This document shows, piece by piece, positions 24,000-31,289 of a DNA stretch of 32,000 nt. The stretch covers positions 180,001 to 212,000 of the forward strand of contig NZ_LGHJ01000017.1 in the NCBI RefSeq assembly GCF_001306055.1, in the 5' to 3' direction. Source of the DNA: Bellilinea caldifistulae. GTDB taxonomy: Bacteria > Chloroflexota > Anaerolineae > Anaerolineales > Anaerolineaceae. The position numbers were made by a program, and so were the translations under genes. Positions within the stretch are counted from its first letter, which is position 1. Each line of letters begins with the position of its first letter. A model generated the notes under the pieces. It was not told the origin of the DNA, ran no database searches, and saw only the letters and a list, made by a program, of their open reading frames with translations.

Positions 24000-26084
24000 T
24001 CAAACAATTCGTGTCCATGATAATACTGGCGTAAAACTACCAGTCAAAACATTTAAAGAACTCCCGCTGTCTTGATATGCTCCTAATTCGATATAATCTC
24101 CACTGTTTAATATCCTTAATACACTTAAAGTAATATGTATTGGATTTGTACTTGTTGCAGGATGCGATTGTAAAGCAATCTCCGTTGAGCCATTAAGATA
24201 TATTCGTCCTATTCGTCTGCCTGTTGCGTTACCGGCAAAACTCAACTGTCCTGTAATAAGATATAATCCGCTTACTTGACAGGTTAATCTGGTAGGTGTG
24301 CCAGATGACCACTGGTCTGAAATCCCAGATGGATGACTATCCCAACCAACACCGGAAAAAGAGATTGTAGTCCATGCTCCACTTGATATAGGTTGGTCGG
24401 TGCTTCTGTATGCACGACAAGCAATTGCAGTAGATTTTGCAATATATCCAGTAATTTCTACATTTGTTGTATTACCTACCTCAAATGTTTGTGGTTCTAG
24501 TCTAATAGTATCTGCCTCTAAATCAATAGCATTAGAATTACAAACGATGTCATAACTACTTATAAATACAGCAGTTGCCGCTTGAATAGCCAATTGCCCA
24601 TGATACCACATTCCAATATCGCCATATTTTGTTGAAGTTGAAAAGTCAATAAATTTTAAAGTTAAAGAATTATGCGGAATACCATCGTCCGCAACATTTA
24701 GACTTATTCCATTAGCATCAATTATTACATTTCCACCACCAGCATACAACTTTCCATCGCTTCCGAAGTATGCCTGCCTGACACTTGCGTTGAGACCATA
24801 CAAGCCCGTCCTGTCTATCCACAATCCCGTGCCTGCGGTGGACGAAGTGGGCGGCGGGTTGCCAATAGCGATAGCACTGGAAGTACCTGCAATTTTGAGT
24901 ACATTCTCAATTGTTGCATCCGTGCCGGATAACTTGATGACATCCGTAGCATAATTGCGGATACGGATAATACCGTCCTGGTCAATGGTAATGTTGGCTT
25001 TCCCGCTGGCATACTCACCAATAGCCACGCCCCACTTCTGTGCACTATACCCCCAATTGCCGTTAAGATCGCCGATGCGGATGATCTCTGTTTGCGCGTT
25101 ATAGGTTGCGCCTTGCCGGATCAATTGTATCCGCGGCGTATCATACGCATTGAGTTCTATCCGCCCCTGCCCGCTCTGACCTAAGACCGCAAACGGCGTC
25201 CCCGATGACCATGTGTTTGCTCCGCTGCCGTCCAGATTGCGAGTAACATTATAAGTCGTGCCGCCAACCAGCGTTCCGACCCGCATGTACTCAACCTGAC
25301 CGGCAGCGCGGATTAAAACAAAATCGCCCGGCGTCATCGTCTTGCCGAAATCAATCTGTGTATCTGCCGGCGCGACATTCGCAGCCAGCGCCCCCTCATC
25401 TTTGCTGATGAGCAGCCAACCGCCCAACAACGTAACGGTGTTTTGCGAGAACAAAATTGCATCCAGCTCACTCAACCAACCCTTACGCCAGAGCAAAGTC
25501 GATGAGCCGAGATCGTATGTGTCAGTTAACTCAGGATATAAATGGCGGGTTTTAGTCAATCCTTGAAACACATGATCGTTCGTCCATGTAAAAGCCGCAG
25601 CCGTATTGATTCGTAGGCCATTCCCGTCAACCGACAAGCCAGACCAGGAAGCATTAAGTAGCACACTCAAGGTCTGGTCAGTTGTCAACAGTCCGCCGCC
25701 GGTCAGTCCGTTGCCAGCCAGGATTGATCTATTAAGCCGTCCGGCCTCATATGCTCTTCGCGTCCCGCTCCCCTCGGCGTGTGCATAGATTGTATGCGCA
25801 TCCGTGATCAGATGCGCATCGTATGCCGCCGATAATGCCGATATGTCAACGCCGTCAATCGTAATCCCGTTGGCCACATTCAGGTTGCCAATCAGGTCGC
25901 GCGTTCCGTCTATCTTGAGAAATTGTGGCGCCTGATTATCATCCAAACTTCCCGTATGGTGCGGAGAGTTGAGCCCGTGCGGTGTTGGTGCAAATGGACC
26001 CGTTCCGCCGCCGATGGTATTAATCAGTTCCAGGATGCGTGGCTTGAGTTTTGCGTATAACTCGCCAATGCGTAATTTATCCAT
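24000..26084 (-). CDS. Tail fibre / receptor-binding protein with C1q/TNF-like C-terminal head
   Basis: 694 aa, Gly/Thr/Asn-rich and repetitive. It overlaps the upstream gene by 8 nt (ATGGATAA). The last ~135 aa carry C1q-like signatures (F-x5-D in ISFSGVGWD; G-x-Y-x-I in SGLYLITG; IYLNGS; L-x-I-L-x-S-G-D-x-I-x-L). Confidence 0.65.
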   Translation of the reverse strand: MDKLRIGELYAKLKPRILELINTIGGGTGPFAPTPHGLNSPHHTGSLDDNQAPQFLKIDGTRDLIGNLNVANGITIDGVDISALSAAYDAHLITDAHTIYAHAEGSGTRRAYEAGRLNRSILAGNGLTGGGLLTTDQTLSVLLNASWSGLSVDGNGLRINTAAAFTWTNDHVFQGLTKTRHLYPELTDTYDLGSSTLLWRKGWLSELDAILFSQNTVTLLGGWLLISKDEGALAANVAPADTQIDFGKTMTPGDFVLIRAAGQVEYMRVGTLVGGTTYNVTRNLDGSGANTWSSGTPFAVLGQSGQGRIELNAYDTPRIQLIRQGATYNAQTEIIRIGDLNGNWGYSAQKWGVAIGEYASGKANITIDQDGIIRIRNYATDVIKLSGTDATIENVLKIAGTSSAIAIGNPPPTSSTAGTGLWIDRTGLYGLNASVRQAYFGSDGKLYAGGGNVIIDANGISLNVADDGIPHNSLTLKFIDFSTSTKYGDIGMWYHGQLAIQAATAVFISSYDIVCNSNAIDLEADTIRLEPQTFEVGNTTNVEITGYIAKSTAIACRAYRSTDQPISSGAWTTISFSGVGWDSHPSGISDQWSSGTPTRLTCQVSGLYLITGQLSFAGNATGRRIGRIYLNGSTEIALQSHPATSTNPIHITLSVLRILNSGDYIELGAYQDSGSSLNVLTGSFTPVLSWTRIV

Positions 26085-27156
26085 CCATCATCCTCGTACC
26101 AATACTGAGCGGATTCCTTTGTAACCGCGCAGCAGGCAAATACCTGTTCATCTGCACGTCGAACTCCGCCTCCTCGATAAATAACATGGTCGGATCGGCG
26201 ATCAGACCGAGATCAACAGAGCCCGGAATCACATCTTTCAGCCGGGCCCACACGCCCACCGGACAGGTCGTTGCGTGGTACGGATCGCCCCAGATGTTTT
26301 GCACACTCCCGTCCGACAGTAAATAAATCTCCGGCTTATACGGATCAGGATCGGGCTCTGGATAAACAATCAATCGTCTATCCCTTGTTACGCTTGCCAG
26401 CAAGCGCTTGCTGCCGCTGCCGGCATCCAGTAAATCAAGTAAATTATGCAGTGCCGTTGTATCGCCGTTGCGGTCAGGGTCAGATGACGGAGTACTGATT
26501 GTCCCGCGCCACTCTATCCCCGTCAGAAACTGACCCGCATTGTTAACAATATTCTCAATCTGTATTTGATTGCTCAAATCACCCGACCCGGTGTACGAAT
26601 AATACTTCCAGTCCAATGTCTCAAACCACCCCGCGCAGGTAATCGTTGCGGATAATGCCTCACTTTCGGAAATATCGATTGTTGGTATCGGATATTTCGC
26701 CGCGTTGAGTAGATTGGATTGATATGCCAGCGCGGTTGCTTCGTTTGCATCCGATAGCGTTGCAACCAGTTCTTTGACTCCGTAAGTGGCTACGGAGTTA
26801 CTATCAAACGCAAATGGCGTGATTGCTTTTGCGTTGTTCACGGTATATATAACCGCAATCTGGTTGTACATTTCGTCCAGACTCACTCCAACCTTCAGCC
26901 TTCCAACGTTGATTTCGATTTGATTGATGTATCCCCACCACACGCAAGATTCGCGGTCATCAAAAATCTCAACCGGGCAGCGTAAATATTCAATCAGTTC
27001 CCAGATCGCCCGCTCGTTGGTCCCCCTGACCTGTATAATCGCCGATTTCGGACCGCCGATTGCATGGAACGAATACCGCTCAGGAATAAATTCCACCGGT
27101 GGAAGTGTCAGCGGATTTTGAAAACCGCGGTCCATGATGCGAATGCTGAAACTCAT
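26077..27156 (-). CDS. Phage tail-tip/baseplate protein, family not recognised (Tal position)
   Basis: ORF 26077..27165 in the track. I prefer ATG at 27156 (MSFSIRIMDRG...), because it forms an ATGA overlap with the upstream stop and lies 9 nt after GAGGAG. Confidence 0.5.
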   Translation of the reverse strand: MSFSIRIMDRGFQNPLTLPPVEFIPERYSFHAIGGPKSAIIQVRGTNERAIWELIEYLRCPVEIFDDRESCVWWGYINQIEINVGRLKVGVSLDEMYNQIAVIYTVNNAKAITPFAFDSNSVATYGVKELVATLSDANEATALAYQSNLLNAAKYPIPTIDISESEALSATITCAGWFETLDWKYYSYTGSGDLSNQIQIENIVNNAGQFLTGIEWRGTISTPSSDPDRNGDTTALHNLLDLLDAGSGSKRLLASVTRDRRLIVYPEPDPDPYKPEIYLLSDGSVQNIWGDPYHATTCPVGVWARLKDVIPGSVDLGLIADPTMLFIEEAEFDVQMNRYLPAARLQRNPLSIGTRMMDG

Positions 27157-28499
27157 AATCCGCATCTCCTCGGCCGGTAGTATGCCTTGACCGATAAAAC
27201 ACGCATGATATCCGCATCACCGGTATTGCCTTGCTGCAAAAAATAAATCCTTTGCAGCTTGCCCGGCACGATCTGAAGTGGTTTGCCAATGCTGGTATAA
27301 TGCCCTGTTTTCCCGCCCTCCGACCATCCATCCGTGTACAACTGCTGATTGATACCATCATCCACAATTCGCACGCCGTAAGCCGCCCCGTACCCGCGTG
27401 GGATGAGGACACGATAGCCGTCAAGTGGCGATATTTGCAAAAAATCTATTTGCATATTCGCTGTCCCGCTTTTTTGCCCGTAGATCACCAGATCAACCGG
27501 TGCCAAGTCTCCGCTCGAAAGCAGCCAGGGCGGTATCTGTATTTCGCCAATCTCCTGTATCCGAGCGCCGCTGAGTAGAACCTCTTGCGAAGAAGCCACG
27601 GTAGTCAATATTGATCCAGCCGGAAACATGATTTTTGTCTGCAACCGGATGTCTTGCTGAACAGAACTCGTAAAAACACACAAAATCTTGAACCAGCGTT
27701 TGTTGGCAGCATTCAGATAAGCGGTATTCAGCTCGAATCGCACGAGAGGTATTTGATACGAATTGGACCATACGAAATCTTTCACATATCCACCGCTATA
27801 CCCGGACGCAGCCTGGTTGGTAATACCACCTTGCAATGCAATTCCTGCTTCACCCTCAATAACATGCTGGAATGTCGCCGGCGTCGAATAAACATTGTGA
27901 GAAATCCATAATTCCGATAACCGTGCGCTGGAGTTGAACTGATTGGTCATCTCCAGCCGCACCGGAGCCGGCAAATCGCCAGAAATAGCATTGTCGGCAA
28001 TTTCGATGTAATTATTGCGTTTGTTCGGTGCACTTCCCGCGCCGTCATTCGCGTTGTATACATTTAGACCGCTGGTATTGTTCGTACCGTTCCCATTTGT
28101 CAGTGGTATTTGTTGTTCCGGTCCCTCCCAAAACGGATCACGCTCAATAAAAATAGTAGCCCTGATCACACCCCTGCGAAACTGGCTGTACAGGCGATTG
28201 TTGTAAGAAATCATCCCGTTATAGATTCTCGACCGCCACGCTGTACCACCGTCAATTGAAAAATAAACCCATACCCCATTTGGACCAATCGTATTATTGC
28301 GCGCATATTCAAAAAAACGATTGATAGATCGTATCTTATCGACGGCCAGAGCACCCTTGACCATCACATCAAACGACTCGCCGATTCGCTGTTCCAAATC
28401 AAGTGCAGTTTCCGGAAAATAACCATCCAGCAGCACAATATCCCCGCTATTGAGGTTAATTTCGTTTGCCGATTCGTCAATCAGTTTGAGTGTAATCAT
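27153..28499 (-). CDS. Phage tail protein, family not recognised (distal-tail-protein position, immediately after tape measure)
   Basis: 448 aa with an ATGA overlap with the tape-measure stop (28496-28499). Asn/Gly-rich central segment. Confidence 0.5.
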   Translation of the reverse strand: MITLKLIDESANEINLNSGDIVLLDGYFPETALDLEQRIGESFDVMVKGALAVDKIRSINRFFEYARNNTIGPNGVWVYFSIDGGTAWRSRIYNGMISYNNRLYSQFRRGVIRATIFIERDPFWEGPEQQIPLTNGNGTNNTSGLNVYNANDGAGSAPNKRNNYIEIADNAISGDLPAPVRLEMTNQFNSSARLSELWISHNVYSTPATFQHVIEGEAGIALQGGITNQAASGYSGGYVKDFVWSNSYQIPLVRFELNTAYLNAANKRWFKILCVFTSSVQQDIRLQTKIMFPAGSILTTVASSQEVLLSGARIQEIGEIQIPPWLLSSGDLAPVDLVIYGQKSGTANMQIDFLQISPLDGYRVLIPRGYGAAYGVRIVDDGINQQLYTDGWSEGGKTGHYTSIGKPLQIVPGKLQRIYFLQQGNTGDADIMRVLSVKAYYRPRRCGL

Positions 28500-30760
28500 C
28501 TGCCGCGTGCCCTCTCAATCTTCTTCACCAGCGTTCTGGCCAGCACTTCCATGTCCATATTGTTGTTGACGTTTGCCTGCACAACAATGTTGATCGGCAC
28601 CGCTGCCGTGCCGCCCAAAAGCGCGCTCCCATTTCCGGGTATGCTCACCGACATCGCAGTTTCCGCGGTCATTCCCCTGATTACCCGATTAATATCCTGT
28701 TCAATATCGCGAAATTGGCTCGAGAACCCCATTCCAAGCCCCAGCGCCATATTCTCGCCGATTCCGGCAAAGACCTGGGATGGACTTTGAATCTTGAGCG
28801 CGTCCTTGACACCATCAATAATTCCGCCAATAAATTTCTCGACCTGCGATCTCAGCCATTCCGCCCGCTCTTGAATACCACTCCATATTCCGTTCACGAT
28901 ATCTTCACCGACCTGGAGGATCGTCCCCATCAGGCGGTCAATGCCGTCCACAAGTGCAGTAATCAAATCACCGGCTGCCTCTCCCAGCACCGGGAGCATT
29001 GTTCCGATGCCGTCAATCAGCGCGAGCACCAGTTCGACGGCTGCTTCCGCAATCATGGGAAGCGAGACGATCAACGCGTCCACAATCGCAATGACGATCT
29101 CCGGGATATACGGCAGCAGCACCGGGATTGCCTGAATGATCCCCGTGGCCAGCGCGAGAATCAATTGCAGGGCAGCATTGATTAACAGCGGAAGATTACT
29201 GATCAATGTCAAAACAATTTGCGGGATGATTTCGACCACAGCCGGTAACAACTGCGGAATTGCTTCGGCAATGCCGGTGGCCAGCGCGAGAATCAATTGC
29301 AGGGCAGCATTAATGATCATCGGCAGCTGCGACAAAATGCTTTTTACCAGCGCCAGCAAAATATTTATTCCCGCGGGAAGCAATAACGGCACACTCTGAA
29401 TAATGAAATTAACCAGCGTGGTCAACATGTTGACTGCTGCCGGTATCAACGCCGGCAGTTGAGCAACAATCGCACTGATGATTCCCTGAAGGATTCCCAG
29501 CCCCGCTTGCAGCATTTGCGGTCCCTGTTCGGCTGCATCGCCGATGATTTCTCCGATCAATCCGCCAATACCGGCCGCCGCAGCGCCGAGATCGCCGTCC
29601 GATTCCTGCACGATTCCGACAAGGCGCGAAAGATATCCCTGCAAAGTATCGGCCAACCCGCTAAATCCGGGCAGGAAACTTGCCGCCAGATTCCGAACTG
29701 TTCCCTGCAAACCCAGTTTTAGAGTAGATAATTTATCGTCAAATGCTTCGAAAGCCCGGACGTTTTCTTCTCCCATCACCGCGCCGACCTTGTGAGCCTC
29801 TTCTGTCAGCGCAGCCATTTCATCCGCCCCCGCTTTGATCAGCGGATTGAGTTCCATCGCGGACTTGCCAAATAATTGCATGGCCAGCACATCGCGCTTT
29901 GTCTCGTTTTCGACGCCACCAAGTGCGGATATTGCCTCGAAGAACACTTCTCGCGAATCGCGCAATGCGCCGTTTGCATCTCGAATCGGTACGCCTAAAG
30001 CCCGGAATGCTTTGGCAGCATCATTATTGCCCTGGCTGGCTTCACCCATCGAACGGGTTAATCGGCTCAAAGAACCGGTCATCGTATCCAGATCGGTGCC
30101 GAGCATCGTGCCGACGAAATTCAATTCTTGCAGCTGCGTAGTGCTCAATCCGGTAACATTGGACAAATCCAGTAGTTCGCCGGAGAACTTTGCGGTATCC
30201 ACCATCAGTTTGGTGACCCCCAGTCCAATTCCAGCCACAGCTGCCCCAAGCGCGGCGATTGCCGCAACGCCGATTTTTGCTGCCCCGCCCAAAGCGCCCA
30301 AAACGTTTGACAGCCCGCGTGTTTTTTCGGCTGTTTCAGCCTGGGCGCGTCCCAGCTCTTCAACTTTTTTTCCTGCGTCCTGCGATTCTTTACCCATCTG
30401 ATCCAGCGCAGTTTGAGACTGTTTGAGCTCAAACTGCATTCTGTTCAGAGTTTCAGTTTCGCGGTTCAATTTGATTTGTAAATCCTGCGCCGCGCGGGAA
30501 TTCTCCCCCTTCTCGGCAGCAATGCGCCGATACTCATTCTGTAAAGCCCCAACCTTTTTTTGTTGGAGGTCTATCTGACCGGTCAGCGCCTTGATGCGCA
30601 TCTGTAATCCATCCGCGCTTTTTGACCAGTCCCCGAGAGCGGCGGCTGAGGCGCGGAAGCCGGATTCAATGATGCGAATATCCCGATTCAGGGCAGCCAC
30701 CGCCGCCTTGAAATCGGTAGTATCCAGACTGATTTTAGAACTCAGCGGATTGTCGCTCAT
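28496..30760 (-). CDS. Tail tape measure protein
   Basis: 754 aa. N-terminal coiled-coil, Gly/Ala-rich hydrophobic core, internal repeat array, and position after the G/GT chaperone. GGAGG lies 7 nt before the ATG. Confidence 0.85.
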   Translation of the reverse strand: MSDNPLSSKISLDTTDFKAAVAALNRDIRIIESGFRASAAALGDWSKSADGLQMRIKALTGQIDLQQKKVGALQNEYRRIAAEKGENSRAAQDLQIKLNRETETLNRMQFELKQSQTALDQMGKESQDAGKKVEELGRAQAETAEKTRGLSNVLGALGGAAKIGVAAIAALGAAVAGIGLGVTKLMVDTAKFSGELLDLSNVTGLSTTQLQELNFVGTMLGTDLDTMTGSLSRLTRSMGEASQGNNDAAKAFRALGVPIRDANGALRDSREVFFEAISALGGVENETKRDVLAMQLFGKSAMELNPLIKAGADEMAALTEEAHKVGAVMGEENVRAFEAFDDKLSTLKLGLQGTVRNLAASFLPGFSGLADTLQGYLSRLVGIVQESDGDLGAAAAGIGGLIGEIIGDAAEQGPQMLQAGLGILQGIISAIVAQLPALIPAAVNMLTTLVNFIIQSVPLLLPAGINILLALVKSILSQLPMIINAALQLILALATGIAEAIPQLLPAVVEIIPQIVLTLISNLPLLINAALQLILALATGIIQAIPVLLPYIPEIVIAIVDALIVSLPMIAEAAVELVLALIDGIGTMLPVLGEAAGDLITALVDGIDRLMGTILQVGEDIVNGIWSGIQERAEWLRSQVEKFIGGIIDGVKDALKIQSPSQVFAGIGENMALGLGMGFSSQFRDIEQDINRVIRGMTAETAMSVSIPGNGSALLGGTAAVPINIVVQANVNNNMDMEVLARTLVKKIERARGR
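28931..29458 (-). repeat. Eight tandem 22-residue (66-nt) repeats inside the tape measure gene
   Basis: Units LPALIPAAVNMLTTLVNFIIQS / VPLLLPAGINILLALVKSILSQ / LPMIINAALQLILALATGIAEA / IPQLLPAVVEIIPQIVLTLISN / LPLLINAALQLILALATGIIQA / IPVLLPYIPEIVIAIVDALIVS / LPMIAEAAVELVLALIDGIGTM / LPVLGEAAGDLITALVDGIDRL. A 35-nt exact DNA repeat occurs at 29145-29179 and 29277-29311 (132-nt offset). Confidence 0.85.
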
Positions 30761-30777
30761 GTCATCCGGCCTCCGAT

Positions 30778-30987
30778 TTACCAGCCATCTACCTGATCAC
30801 AATACATTGTCTTGCCTGAACTGGCATCGCTCAATCTCGCGACCACCGGCAGTAAACTCTCGATGTCCGTATCATCAATGTCTCGCAGACTCCAGCCAAA
30901 TGCCTTAATCAGCGATATTTCGAAATCAAGCAGCCAGTCATCCTCAATTTCCTCCGGGGCATTTACAGCCCCGGAGGGGTAGGGTTT
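30778..30987 (-). CDS. -1 frame extension of the chaperone (gpT-like part of a G-T fusion)
   Basis: Hand translation of the -1 frame from the slippery site: ...KPYPSGAVNAPEEIEDDWLLDFEISLIKAFGWSLRDIDDTDIESLLPVVARLSDASSGKTMYCDQVDGW, with TAA at 30778-30780. It has no ATG or SD of its own and ends 17 nt before the tape measure ATG. Confidence 0.55.
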   Translation of the reverse strand, partial: KPYPSGAVNAPEEIEDDWLLDFEISLIKAFGWSLRDIDDTDIESLLPVVARLSDASSGKTMYCDQVDGW

Positions 30988-31280
30988 GAGGGCATCAGCC
31001 CGCGCGCTTTGTTGATGATTGTTTGCAGCACGGTCACCATTTCGCTGACGTCAGCGCCGTTGTTCAGGTCTTCAATCGAGAACCTGTTTCCGAACGCCTC
31101 GACGACCAGCGAAGCCAGGGCATCGATATCGTTTTCAGTCATGTTGTTGACATCCATGCTTTTCGCCATACGCACAGCTGCCTTGAGGATGCGCCACGGC
31201 ACAAAAGCGCGGGTGTAGCTCGCTTTGATCTCGTCGTTCTCGTCGTATAGCGTAATTGTGAGCGGTGTACCGACGGTCAT
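30963..31280 (-). CDS. Tail assembly chaperone (gpG-like)
   Basis: 105 aa, acidic, between the major tail and tape measure genes. AAGGTGA SD. Followed by an overlapping -1 frame ORF. Confidence 0.7.
   Translation of the reverse strand: MTVGTPLTITLYDENDEIKASYTRAFVPWRILKAAVRMAKSMDVNNMTENDIDALASLVVEAFGNRFSIEDLNNGADVSEMVTVLQTIINKARGLMPSNPTPPGL
30981..30987 (-). other. Candidate -1 programmed frameshift heptamer A-AAC-CCU
   Basis: Plus strand AGGGTTT is AAACCCT on the coding strand. It is in the X-XXY-YYZ register relative to the chaperone frame (TCA AAC CCT), 6 codons before its stop. Confidence 0.45.
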
Positions 31281-31289
31281 ATTGTCACC

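Noticed and set aside
22606-26084. Diversity-generating retroelement acting on the tail-fibre tip
   Set aside because: No reverse transcriptase gene and no template repeat matching the fibre 3' region are visible. The AT-richness extends over ~750 nt rather than a short variable region.
29835-30401. 188-aa plus-strand ORF and several other plus-strand ORFs at 28551-30908
   Set aside because: They lie antisense to the tape measure gene. They are Ser/Ala/Pro-rich translations with no ribosome-binding sites.
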